Positions 27,516 to 40,400 of a DNA stretch of 64,000 nt are shown one piece after another. Numbering within the stretch: position 1 is the stretch's first letter; each line of letters starts with the position of its first letter. The notes beneath the pieces are model-generated. The model was not told the origin of the DNA. It saw nothing but the letters and a program-made list of their open reading frames with translations, and did not search any database. The position numbers and the translations under genes were made by a program. Location of the stretch: NCBI RefSeq assembly GCF_964204865.1, contig NC_135262.1, forward strand, positions 1,240,001 through 1,304,000. Reading direction: 5' to 3'. This DNA is from Styela clava. Lineage: Eukaryota.

Positions 27516-28012
27516 CCTTTCGCCAACACCTATCGAGACGTTTTGTTAATCAAACAAATCTCAAACATTTCGGGTGTCCATCATTATCCGGTTGCTCCAG
27601 AGATCTTTCCTTGTATAGCTAGCTATATTGAAAAATACGTTGGTAGCTCAAGTTATTTTTCAGAGTTCAAACTGCATTGAATGCGAATAAAGCCGTTTGT
27701 TTATTGTTTTACGTGAATAGAGATCTATCTATCCATATTGAGGTTGCCCAGGACGAGTGTTGGATAATTTTGATCATTGCCGTGCAATAAAATGTTTTTC
27801 GCCACAAACTTATTACTTAGTGAAATTCGAACACGCCCGGATTTTATATTATTCATATTCACTCTCTTCCTGTGTTCGACGTGTCCGCGAACTTGAGTTA
27901 CAATATATTTGTAGACTTTTTAGGTTATTTATCTCAAAACCGAAGATATTTCGCACGTAAAAGCGTAATAATGAAAGAGAACGCCCTGGCGTGAGAATTG
28001 GTAAACGTGTAA

Positions 28013-28610
28013 TTACTTATCGATCTTGATCAGTAAGTATGTTGATAGATATTTGTTTGTTTGTTGCACTTCTTGATGTTACGCGATATCTCACGAAAGC
28101 GAGGTTGAATCTGCTCTAAATTTTGCATGTGCATTAGAGGTAAGATTGGGCCCAAAAATTCGAGCCAGACCCGTGCCCGTGGGTATTAAACCCGACTCGG
28201 GTATGGTAAGGTATAGGAAGAATATTTTCGGGATTCAAAGATCGGGGAAAGGCTCATTACAGCTTTTTCTCTGTTTTATTCAAATTAATTCTTTTATAAC
28301 AAGTATTGCGTTGTTTTGTATCCACACATAGATTTTTTTATAAATCTATATTTATTTCAAGCCCTACACGACCCGAACGCAATGATTAATATTTCAGGCC
28401 CGACCCGAAATGTCGAGTCGAGCTCGGGTTTCAGATCTTAGCTCTAATGTGCATTCATCATATCTCGGACCAAAAGCCTATAGATTATGTTGTATAATCA
28501 GCAAGTTATCAAATGATTAGTGATGAGACACGCGGTGTCGCTATTGAGTCAGAGCGAAGGGAACATGCGGCAGATCAATAAGTGGCGGTCACCCGATCGC
28601 TATTTAGGTT
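28013..28610 (+). mobile_element. HINE-like element interrupted by a hAT-like MITE
   Basis: Same consensus as 6101-6389, split at ATGTGCAT. Confidence 0.75.
28135..28446. mobile_element. hAT-like MITE (TAGAGGTAAGAT termini)
   Basis: Perfect 8-bp TSD ATGTGCAT at 28127-28134 and 28447-28454; CCCGA subterminal repeats. Confidence 0.88.
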
Positions 28611-28883
28611 TGTATATCTGCGATGAACTACAGTTACATTTGCTTAATTGAAAAGTTGGTTAAAATAGGTTTCTTTATTTATTCTCCTCTTTCAGAGGAC
28701 CCTCATAGAACAGCTCAATCGAATCCAGGTTACGAAGCATTGAATTAACCCATGCTGAATCGATAATTGGATCATTTCCAAATATATCGACTTCAAACGT
28801 GTTTGAGGGAACTCGTAGAAAGCTTCTTTTGAGATAATGATATTCAAGACTGGTAAATCTGCTAAATTGTACCAAACCTGCAG

Positions 28884-29252
28884 TAGAGGCAAGATCGGGC
28901 CCAAACATTACAGCCCGGCCCGACCCAGGCCCGTGGGTATTAAATCCGACCCGAGCCCGACTAACAAACTGGATTTGCAGGCCCGAGTCCGAAGCAAACT
29001 CGAAATTTTATATTTTATTTAGGAGATTTTTGAATTCTCATTACAAGAGTTTTTAGTACAGTAGGCCTATGTGTCGTGTTGATGAGGCAACTTCTGTTTT
29101 TTGCAGACCACGGTCTCTCGTGACCAAAACATGGCCGAAACGCATCATTTAAAAAAAAGTCAGCGATAGAAAAGCCCGACCAGACCCGAACGTAATGATT
29201 GATATTTCCGATCCGGCTCGAATTTCGGTTCGGGCTTCAGATCTTTGTTCTA
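28884..29252. mobile_element. hAT-like MITE, same family as 28135-28446
   Basis: TAGAGGCAAGATC ... GATCTTTGTTCTA; TSD ACCTGCAG/ACCTCCAG. Confidence 0.82.
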
Positions 29253-29284
29253 ACCTCCAGTCTCTCGTACCAGAGTATCTAAAT

Positions 29285-29767
29285 CAGGGTGGTCCAAGGT
29301 TGTCGGCTCCGCGGGCCTCAAAATTATTTTTGCATTGTTCGCGGGCCACAATAGTGCTTAGAATAGGTGAACAGTACAATACAAAACAAAGACTTTCATT
29401 GTGCAAACACATAGTTCTCAGACATAGCCATCCCAGGCTAATAGAATCCGCATCCGATTTTTAGTTTTCTTTGATGCCTATATTGTTAGCATATATTCCC
29501 GACCAAAAATATAGCCAGATAGTAATTTAGACTGCCAAGCACATCATTCAACTTCGCTAGTTGCCTCAGCTAGCCATAACACTAGTCAATTCAGTGACAT
29601 TATTGATGTAACAATATGTAAAAATATATTTCTGATGATGAGTTGTAATTTTATTACGAAACAACACGAAATGCGATTTTTTGATTACTCTCCGAATGTG
29701 ACGCGGGTCACAGATAATGGAGCTGCGGGCCACATGTGGCCCGCGGGCCTGAGTTTGGACCACCCTG
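29285..29767. mobile_element. hAT (Charlie-like) MITE
   Basis: TIR CAGGGTGGTCCAA/TTGGACCACCCTG; perfect TSD ATCTAAAT; inverted-orientation sibling at 52938-53429. Confidence 0.92.
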
Positions 29768-30758
29768 ATCTAAATAGATACGCGTTCACCTCCCCTGCAC
29801 ACTCCTTTTATGGTTGAGGCTGGGGACGTCGTTTTGATCAAATGAGGAATGATAATTTGTAAAGTCTTTATAGCAAAGTGAAAAAAGAATTCAGCGAAAA
29901 CACAGTAATAGCCTATTTTCCCAACATTTGGGAAAATATTGACAACTTATCTTAGCCAGACACCCTGTACTTTAAATATTAGAGATACTTAACTCCAGTT
30001 TCAACAGTTTATTGCACCGGTATTTGAACAATTTGGAGCGAGTGAAGACGTTTTGTTAAAAGCACAGAAATCTTTTGCTCTGTCGGTTGTTTTGAACCTC
30101 GAGTTGTATAGTAGTAAAAAAAGTTCAGAGGAATGTTCTTGCACAGGATGGTTTGTGAAACTTGAAGCAAATGATTGCATTAGAGCAAGCATAGAAAGTA
30201 AGTTTTATTACGTGATTAATACAAAAAATTCTTGTCCCACAGTTATCCTGCCAAAGCAATGCATATATAAAACCTAGAACATAGCACTTCGTATGCTTAC
30301 TTGGATCATTTGCCCCACAATAAATAAATATATATTCAGAACTGTGGGTAAAAGTTTGACAAGTGGGCACGACATTTTTGAGTCACTGCAACAGGACCGA
30401 CCCAAGGGTGCACAACAAGGGTTGCCAAATGTGACACGCCAAAAGCGCACACATGGCATGCTGGCGGTTTGGTGAAAAGTAATATTTCTGTTTATACCAA
30501 ATCTCAATAACGCACGCTAACACCGAGAAGTTGATATGTATTCGCACTGATTCTGAAGCACTTACAGTACAAACAAGCATTCTCAAACATGAAAATAAAT
30601 AAATTTTAGCTATGAAATTGGTTAGCACGCAAACATTTACATACAGTGATCGGAATTGCTATGCCTCGTTTAAAAGTAAATTTTCTAAATTTGGTCCATC
30701 GGAAACGTTTTTTCAGCAGTAGTTTTTTGTGACATTAAATCGTTTCGGTAAATGTTAA

Positions 30759-31064
30759 TACGAGAATATCGGTCAGAGACCGAAGACTTATCGATCGAAA
30801 GTTAGTGAATCCCCCAAAACAGCGCTCTTACTCAATAGTGACACTTTGTGTCCCATCACTAATTAATTATTAACTCGCTAATTATACGACATAATTCGCC
30901 CAAAATCAATAGGCTTCTGGTCCGAGATAAGATGAATGCACATGCAAAATCTGGAGCAGATTCAATCTCGGTTTCGTGAGATATCGCGTGCATCTAACAG
31001 ACAAAAATACATACAGACAGACAAATACCTATCAACATACTTACCGATTAAAATCGATAAGTAA
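30759..31064 (-). mobile_element. HINE-like element
   Basis: Full-length reverse-complement copy of the family consensus, with (ACAG)n. Confidence 0.75.
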
Positions 31065-31082
31065 GGAGTTTCATTGAAATTT

Positions 31083-31320
31083 TGCTCGGCGGTGTGGCGC
31101 ATCATGCAAAGCGTTAGGAATACGCTCTCCATCGCATCTCTGATTACCCTGTGATTACCCTCCCATACGGGGATGATCATCTGCGAGAGGAAAACAAATA
31201 CCTGGCTAACTAATTCCATACCCGAACTGGACTGGTAACCGGGCGAGAGGCGGTGGTCCACCCTATGGTTATGTCGTTTTATCGGCTTTCCTCTTCCTCG
31301 GGATAAATATGTAAATCACA
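31083..31320 (+). mobile_element. Probable SINE (possibly tRNA-derived head)
   Basis: GC-rich head with A-box-like TGGCGCATCATG; its 3' part (GGTAACCGG..GAGAGGC.GTGGT...GATAAATATGTAAA) recurs inverted at ~48023-48097/48796-48840 and ~50250-50300. Confidence 0.5.
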
Positions 31321-33639
31321 TGTTATTATTCAAACATGACGTGGCATGCGACAAGATTACTTTGAAAACGTATTCTCATTTTAGTTAACCCTTGCGCCAC
31401 CTAATTCACATTCCTATTTAGATGGGATAGCAAAAAAATACGTGCTGATATCAAACTTTATCACAAAACGTACTCCATAAAATTCATTTGTTCAAACTCA
31501 ATAAAACGAGTGTGTAGCTCCAGTTTGGTTTTGCCTTCCTTATGGAAGTGGCAACATTTCATGCATACTGGTACAGATATTGTAAGGTAGAAACTAACAA
31601 ACACATTGAACCCTATGGCGGTTCCACTGTTATCTTGTTCATTCCAAAATGTATTCGTTAATAATGCAAATGAGCAAGATTATAATAATTAAACCTTACT
31701 TAATAAAACGTTATTTATGAAAGCTTGCACGGCCATTGAAAACAACCGTTCTCGAGTGACATATCCACCGTGTTCGGCGAGTATACGAGATTTCACAAAC
31801 TATACATACCCGGCATATGGACTAATAATTAAAAGCTCAGTGTTCGAAGTAATTCTTTATCTGCGTTAAATCAACAGTTTCGATATTGGTATCGCTTACT
31901 CAATACATGAATTTCGTGCGATGATACCGCTGTGGTATCGATACCTCATAAGATAAAAGAGTGAATAGGAATTGGGTTATTTTGGTCGGTGGCCCAAACA
32001 TGAAATTGTCATTGTGGAGTGGCCCTGATTGGAACATGCCTGACAGCGAATTTCAGCTTGCTAATTATTGTTCTTATTAAGTTTAAATCGAAGTTTTGAA
32101 AGTCCGTGATTGCGCTTGGACTAACTAAACTACTGATAGAGGAATTGAGTAATATCATTGGCAAATTGAAAAACACTTAAAGATTCATGTGTAGATATCA
32201 CTGGCCAAAACAGAAACTAACCCAAGGTGTGTTCTATTGCTACATGTTAGCCATTCTGTGTGCACTCGCCATTTTAAAAGAACTTTATTAATAAAGATAA
32301 CAAGGTATATATTAGCGGTCACTATACGGACTCGGAGTAGTCAAACTCGAAATTTCTAAAGCCAAATCCATGAGAGAACTTCCGACATGCGCTCGATTCA
32401 ACCGTATGAATAAAAACCGCCGTTTAGTTTCAACTCAGTAAAAACTATCCATGAACTCGGCAAATGATCATCGTTTACCTATTTGATGATATAACTCAAA
32501 TAAATCCAGCCCTCGGGCGTTTCATAAAGCTATTTTTCGTGATTTGACGAGGTACACGCGACGATAACGTAACATTGTTTACTAGAAAAGGTCCCGAATT
32601 CGATTCCCAACACGTCTAGTGACTATTAATTACAATTAACAAAATGATCCATAGCTCTACTTCGAGACCAAAATTAATGATTTGCGTAAATATCTCTGTT
32701 TGGCCAAACGAAAAACCAAGTCTTCACAAAAAATCGCTCCATAAGCATGTGAACCAAGATGGCGGTGTTATTTATAAGTAAATGGATATCGGTTTTCATA
32801 TTTTGTATATTTGGAAATTTCGTAATTTACTACTTTGTAATTTTGTTTTCGATAAATGAAAATAAAACACATCCCTAAAATAAGACCTACTGTTATTTTT
32901 TGAAAGAAAATTGAAATGAGACTTTGTCATATTTTCCCATTGTTACATACATCAGTTATTGATTTTCAGTTGTGAACATTAAAAATACTTTTTATGAATG
33001 CATTTGAAATTAGTCTTATTCGATGAAGTTAATTCTTAATTTTGCGAACAATCTAGAAAATTATCGTTAGACAATTTATAACTTTGATCATTCGATGGTC
33101 GGACAAAAATGATAGTTTAAACTTCTGACGTGAGTGCGAAAAAATTAATCGGAATGATTCTTACCTCAAGCTGTCGCATTATCAAATGTTAAAAAAAACT
33201 CACTCAGCGTAGTTTGTTTAATTTAAGACTCTCAGAGGTTCTCAAAATTTTTAGGTCGCTCTCCCTTTTTAGAATTTGTCGAGTTTCGCCCCACCTCTAA
33301 AATAACCACCTAATAATGAACTACAAATAACGGACAATAACACAAAAGTATTTTTTTATTCAAAAAAAAACACGTTGAAAATACGTGGATGGAACGTAAA
33401 TAACCAAAATAAAGAAATGTAAATATCCAAAAGACGGCGGAAAGATCAAATAAATATTTTCCAATCAACTTCGCGCCCCCTCAAAAAATTGTCTATGCCT
33501 TGTGGGGCGCGCCCCGCCGTTAGAGAACTGATGCCTAGCTGCACACTCACACAAATGTATTTTGTTTGACCGAGATTTGTTTTTGGAGAAAGCTATCTAG
33601 CTTTAACGAGAGATAAAAACGTCTAATTCTCACAATTAT

Positions 33640-33936
33640 AACGAGAATATCGATCAGAGACCGAAAACTTATCGATCGAAAGTTAGGGGATCCCCAAAAC
33701 AGCGCTCTTACTTCATAGTGACACGTTGTGTCCCATCACTAATTAATTATTAAATCGCTAATAATACGACATAATTCATCCAAAATCAATAGGCTTCTGG
33801 TCCGAGATATGATGAATGCACATACGAAATCTGGAGCAGATTCAATCTCGCTTTCGTGAGATATCGCGTGCATCTAACAGACAGACAAACAGACAAATAC
33901 CTATCAACATACTTACCGATTAAAATCGATAAGTAA
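33640..33936 (-). mobile_element. HINE-like element
   Basis: Near-identical to 30759-31064. Confidence 0.75.
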
Positions 33937-36900
33937 TGACGTAATGTAAAAAACTGAAGTAAATGACAACTACAATAATAACAACGAATGTTTCTGAAGG
34001 ATTTAACGGAACAGTGTTAACGCCTGGAAGCACTTCATGACGACAGTTTTTATATGCGACCAGGTAATATATTATCTACAGGGAGAATTAGCAACAAGGA
34101 CGGTGTCTTATAATAACACATAATGTTCACACAGAGTGACCCTTAAAATACAGAACCCATAAATTTCCGAATTCAACAAAAATAGAAAGAAAAAAAAATT
34201 AACACTTAAAACTCTGTTTTTTTTATGATTGTACCCCAAATTTTCAGCAATCTAGGACACTTTGCAAATAAGTTTTGTTCTCCCTAGATAAAGTTTCAAT
34301 TGACCTAAGTTCTGTTTTGCGGTCATCGCATAGAAAACCGAAGTCTAAGGAATTCTCAGACAAACATATTTTGATATGTGATAATTACTCTGCGTAATTA
34401 TGTCGTTCAGAACGACCCACACTTCTTTTACGTCTAATAGATAGATTTAAATGAGTTCCTTGTTGTAAATTTCCCTGTTGCAACTAAAATGCATGCGTCA
34501 TAAGTTAGTCATATTCGATATAGTGAACTCTTCATTTTAACTATAATTTGAAACAGTTTCATTTTGAACTAATGAAATTCGGGACATTAGTAACAAATCA
34601 TGATTCACCACGGCAAGTAACATACTTTACATTGAAAACTAGTTATTTCGCTATCTGAGTTCTAAATTCAATTCCTAGGCTTGTTCACCAATTCTGATCC
34701 ATCCGAGAATTGTTGATGTTGTTATTTTAAAATACATACTTGAGTTTTGTTCTGTTGCTATTTTGTTTTGCGTTATCTTATATGCGGCTCCTTACAACTT
34801 CAAGGTTTAAAATTTTGCTTGGGCGCTAAAAACGGTTCTGAACCACTGAGTTGGAGCATTAGACCAAATGCGTTAGCATCGTAGATTACACAGCTCGGGG
34901 TATAGCCGTGGTTGCTTGTTCGGTGCCTTATACGGAGCGAAAGGTACGAGTTGAAGTTGTATAAGTCACAATAAAAAATAGAATATTAAAATGTGTCTAC
35001 GTGGCGAGCAAGTACGTTGTTAAACTAGTACATTCATTCGCTTTCGAAATCTCTCAATTACCTCATATAAACCGAAATTTTCTTGTATATGATATCATAA
35101 ACAATTACGTTATTTCGCGGGAAAAAATTTCCCGTTTTTAATTATATCGTCATAATATCATACTATTAAATCACAATGTATTGAAGTTTCGATTAACATG
35201 GAAAAATTAGTCAGTCAGAACCCGAAAATAACAAGAAGAGTTGATTATTCATAAAAAAAAATCCCACAGAGTTAATAAAAATGCTAGGAGGCGCGAATTA
35301 AAAATTCAACGATTTCGCGGTACAATTCTACCAAGAAAAAAGTGATAACATGAAAACACAATTTTTCAAGGCTTATATATGATATAGTAGGAACAACGGG
35401 CTTATTCAGTCTTTATATTTAACGGGCGCTGAAGCAATTGTGCAGTTTCGAGCCTCGATATGGTATGTTTGCGACAAAAATTATTTGTGATGCCTCCTAA
35501 TTCAGGTTTAAATAGTTAGCAGTTATTAGTATAAGTCGTAAATGAAAAAAATCGGGCAAAACATCGTTTTACAACGATTTCTAATACATCTGCTTAATTT
35601 AATAATGCCGTATGAAGTTTTAATATCTACTTAATACCACCGCCGTATCATCGCATATAAATGATATTGAATTCGTAAAATGAATTACTCTCCGCTGTTG
35701 CGAAGTCACAAAGATGATCAGAGTATAGGACAGACAGGGTTTCTATGCTTTAAAGTTAAACGGTAAAAAGGCAAAAATAGTTAGAATTTCAGTGTTGTTA
35801 AAGCTAGTGAGGTTACGAGGTTTGCTTCACGGAAAAGCAAGGTAGTTTTCAATTTTCAATTACATCTTAAGTAAAAGAAAAACCATTAAGACGATAAGCA
35901 TATAGGTAAATGTAGGGCTAATAAGCAAAGCAAATGACGGACTATACATATGACTATTTCAAACGGGATTCCGCCAATGCTGCCAGGTGGTTCCCCGAGC
36001 TTACATTAAATAACAATGTAATGAAGTATTTGGTAATTTTTTTTTCCAACTTAATTTTGAAGAAAAGAAAAACAAGAAAAACGGTAGGCTTAATAGGCAA
36101 ATATAGACTATCCTCCATTTTGATTGTAGTACTAATTATTGACAATGCTGTTTTTTGCTACTGAATGGTAATTTTCATTCTGAATATTAAAGGGAAAGTG
36201 TCCATTTTTACGCAAATGTTTTTGATTTTTCGTGTAATTTTTCCCTTGCAAAAAAATTGAATGGGCCACGAGTATTTTCGTGCAACGAAAATATGCCACG
36301 AAAGAAAAAAAACTGAGAACCACTGGTATAGACATACAATTAATACGCATATTACGGGCTGTATAAGGGCTGATTGGTATTTAGAAACAATAGCTTCTGC
36401 TTACTACGCTTCACGTAATTTTCGGATTTACAAATTCCAGAATTTATTTTCAGTTACGTCGGGTCATTCAAAAACATTGCCTTCTTGCTAGGCTTGCACT
36501 CCTATACATTATACAGTAATTCAGTTGTTTTCAATCGAGGTTTCGCAGGACTTTAGGTTTCCGCCGATACAATGCAGGGGTTCTTATGTATATAATGTAT
36601 GGGTGTCCAAAACTTCGCACATGGATAGTTTTGTTAATGGGTTGTTTCCTATTCTTGTTGTTATTTTTTGAAAAACCGCATTAAACTACTAGACCAATTG
36701 CTGTAGCTGAAGATTGTATTTGTCGCCAGAAAGCTATTACTTCATTCAAAAATTTCTGCGGGCTCTGTGGGATTTCTTTGTGCGATGACGTCATCAAAAA
36801 TTTCGCACCTTGTGGCGGTTTCGCGTTCGTCGTGTAGATTACCATGTCGATAATCTACTGTACGCGTACTATGGTTAGGCTATTACCAAAATCCCTCACA

Positions 36901-37303
36901 TTATACAACCACTGAGATCGCATACTAAAGTGGTACAGATCAGCCCACCCCATTAGATTTCATTTAACGTAAATAAAGACTTGCGCTTACTCATTTGGTT
37001 TCTGCGGGACTAACTACTTATCGGCCTTCTATGCTTTTGTAACGGTGGATCCGTATGAGTATGCACGGATGCTATAGCAAGAGTGAGAGAGATTTATTTC
37101 GTCAACCAAAATAAAAGCATTGAATCAATAAAAAATATATACAATATACACAAAGTAATTCGGTATAGACTCGGGGGAGCGATATGACCATAGGGTCATT
37201 TGAGTCAGCTCCCCCCAAAATAGATAGCTATCCTAAGTGATTTGAGAGTTTTGCTGCACACTAACACATTTAAAGGCTTTTCTTGTTATAGTTGAACTAT
37301 GTA

Positions 37304-37336
37304 TGTCTGAGGAAGTCTGACGAAACGTTACAGAAA
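37304..37336 (+). ncRNA. Degenerate Penelope-type minimal hammerhead ribozyme motif (stem II collapsed)
   Basis: TGT-CTGAGGA-A-GTCTGAC-GAAACGTT-ACA, followed by the same tail (TTTGTGTTAGTGTGCAGCAAGACTC) as the 47.4-kb copy. Confidence 0.5.
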
Positions 37337-37462
37337 TATATTTGTGTTAGTGTGCAGCAAGACTCCTGAATCGCCTAATAAAGAATGGCATCCCAATCTC
37401 TTTATCATATTTTTACAGATATTCTTATTAATTTAAACTGTAGAGGTGGGAAAATTGCAAAC

Positions 37463-40400
37463 ATGAAAACATCATTGGTTATAGCTGTTCTGGTTTTTGT
37501 ATGCTGTACCCTGGGACAGGCACTTCTTTGGGGAGACGATGGTGGGGGAAAAAAACAAAAAATAAGAGGTATGGCTACGAGTACGATTTATCTCTAGTGA
37601 CTGAAGCAACCACTTTCTATGCTCAAGTGATATCGACAGTAGGTCCATGAGTTTTTGCCCATTCTGGTCTTCAGTATTCCAGTTAGAATAGTAGTTCTCA
37701 ACCAGTGGTACGTAGAAGATTTTCGAGTGGTACGCGAGCAGTTTGTTGGCAGCAGAGTTGGCTAAAATATGGCGACAACGTTTCAACTTCCATTCTGAAT
37801 GTATTTGCTGTACGGGTTTATAGTATTCCTAGTTCTTGTCTTGAGATCGCCCTCGCTCACTACTGCCTATCTAAAACAAACGATGATCAAAGCCTTTCAG
37901 CTCCGAAGGCAGACGACGCAAATTCTCTCGCGGTTTTGCACGCAATTAGTACGTTGTTATTGCATAAAATTAATACGTTAAAACTTTGCACGAATGTCTG
38001 AAATGGATGTAGTCAGTGATGAGCTGGAAAAATCGTAACAACCGGAACGCACCTAATTCGCAAAAATGTAATATGTTTGCAACATGGCGCGGACGTTAGC
38101 AGAAAGTTTTGTATGTCCTAAGATGAAGTCAAAGAACTGCAATGAAATATTAAGAAATTATCTGAAATGTGCATGTGTAAAATTACTGGAATATTCATAG
38201 CAATTCAATACAAATGTTATTATTAGAGTATTGGATAAATTTCAATGGGGTCAAAGGTCAGGGAAACATATATTACATTACACGTTACTGCTGTACTATT
38301 TGCGTGATGTGATGTAAAAAGAATTACGGATTATGAAGTAACCAAACATAAATTTATAACTAGGTTTACCAGAAAAACTAGACTTTTTGTACCATAATTT
38401 TATTTCAACAACAGGAACGCAAATGCAGTAAAATGTCCAATAACAAGAACGCCGTTCCGGTGCGTTCCGGCTACAGCTCATCACTGGATGTAGTGTCACC
38501 TAAAATTCTCCCATAGGTTCTTGTGTCATTGTTCCTCATCCTAAAAGGGGGTTTTGTCGTGGTACGCAATCAGTAACATGTTGAGAAGCACTGAGATATC
38601 AAAGTCACAATTTTACGTTAATTCTGTTCAACTTTACATAAAAAGTCGTCTCATAAAGTTAATTTAAATTGCTCTGCCGCCCCCTATAATTTCAACTTGA
38701 GATAAATCAAATATTTCTGCATCCACAAGTATAGATCAAAGTATATACAGGGTTTCCGCAATATCTCATACCGTGTTTTCCGGAAAATAAGACCAAGCTT
38801 GAAAATAGCATTGCATATTTAGGAATGACCACTTGTATAGACACGATAGAAAAGTGCAACAGCTTCTGAGAAAGTCTGCGCCACTCGTAAATTGAGTCTT
38901 TATGTTGAGTGAAATATTCAATTCATGACCGACGCGAGCTTTCAATATGTCTTCCAATTTTAGTTTAATGTTAGCGTGTTCTACGTAACTTGCGCCTGCG
39001 TCGAACTGCGAATCAATCGACTTTTTTTTGACTTTCAACTTGTGCATTATTCACTATTGTTCTTAGACTGCAAATGGGTCGCATGGTCAGGTTCGAAATG
39101 CTTTCACATAGGCAACGGTGTGTACAAAATAAAACAGACGCGAAGAAAGATTCCAGCCAAGAACGGAGGCGCTGCTTGTAAAGGAAGCAACAAGCGTGAA
39201 ATAGGTAAGTTCTGTGATATACCGTGTTTCAACTGGCTATTTGGTTTTACGTTTATTTCAAAACGATTTATGTGATATAATGGGTCGGTGTTTTTTGCGA
39301 GAAAAACTGTTCCAAATCTGCAATAAATCCTTTTTTTTATGCTTACTCTAACCGATTGTCGAAAGTTTTACATCTATAGTAAACCGGAACATATCGCGAA
39401 TTCCACGTAATATTCTTACTCCTTATGTTTTGCCAACACTTTTATATCTGTTATAACCCAGAACATATTTAAGTCACACTCCTAAAACCATTTTTCTAAA
39501 GGTCATATCGAACCCAGAACATACCATGAATCCAACTTCATATGCTTACTCTAACCATTTGCCTTATGTTTTATATCTATCCTAACCCAAAACATACCAT
39601 GAATCCCACTTCATATGCTTACTCTAACCATTTGCCTTATGTTTTATATCTATCCCAACCCAGAACATAGCATGAATCCCACTTCAGATGCTTACTATGA
39701 CCATTTACCATAAGTTTTATATCTATGCTAACCCAAAACATACCATAAACCTCACTTAATATGCTTACGCGCGAGACTTGACAAATTCTAAAAAGAGGAC
39801 GCGGATAAAAGGTTTGCGAACCACTACACATTTCACATTTGTATATTTACTTCATATATGCAATTTTCATTCAAATACCATATTTACCATTTTTATCCAT
39901 TCCAGATTGCACTCCAGTTGAGTATACCGCCTCCGCTTTCTTCGATTCGTTCACAGCTGGTACTGATGACGGATCAACTGTTCGTAGGGTGAGAAGCTCT
40001 TACTAATTTAAGACTATCGACAAATATTTGTATTATGCGTTTTCATAAAGTGCTAAAAACATAAGAGTAAAACTAATCTTGGCACTAAGTTTGGAAGGCC
40101 AAGGGCCTTCAGGATTTGGGATTCCTCCATAACATGTGAATTATAATTATAACGGTTTATAAACCTTCAAGACAACCCTATATCCAGTGGTAGGATTCAG
40201 CCGGTTCGCACCGGTTCTATAGAACCGTCTCACGCAATTGTATGAGATCAGCGATCTGGTTAGCATTACTGGTTACGGTCAATGTTCTGTTTGTAACAAG
40301 ACCTGCTGAAAATGTGACTTTTGTGAAGGAACCGACTGACAAAAAATTTGAAACCCACCACTGTCTATATCATAATACACTAAAAATAATAGAACAAACG

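Noticed and set aside
29080-29150. TGATGA-GGC...GCC-GAAA-CGCA-TC hammerhead-like string inside a MITE
   Set aside because: C3 is missing, there is no convincing stem I, and it is not evident in the sibling MITE.
34000-36900. Intergenic stretch scanned for RNA genes or exons
   Set aside because: Only MITE fragments and short hairpins; no tRNA cloverleaf, rRNA or supportable exon seen.
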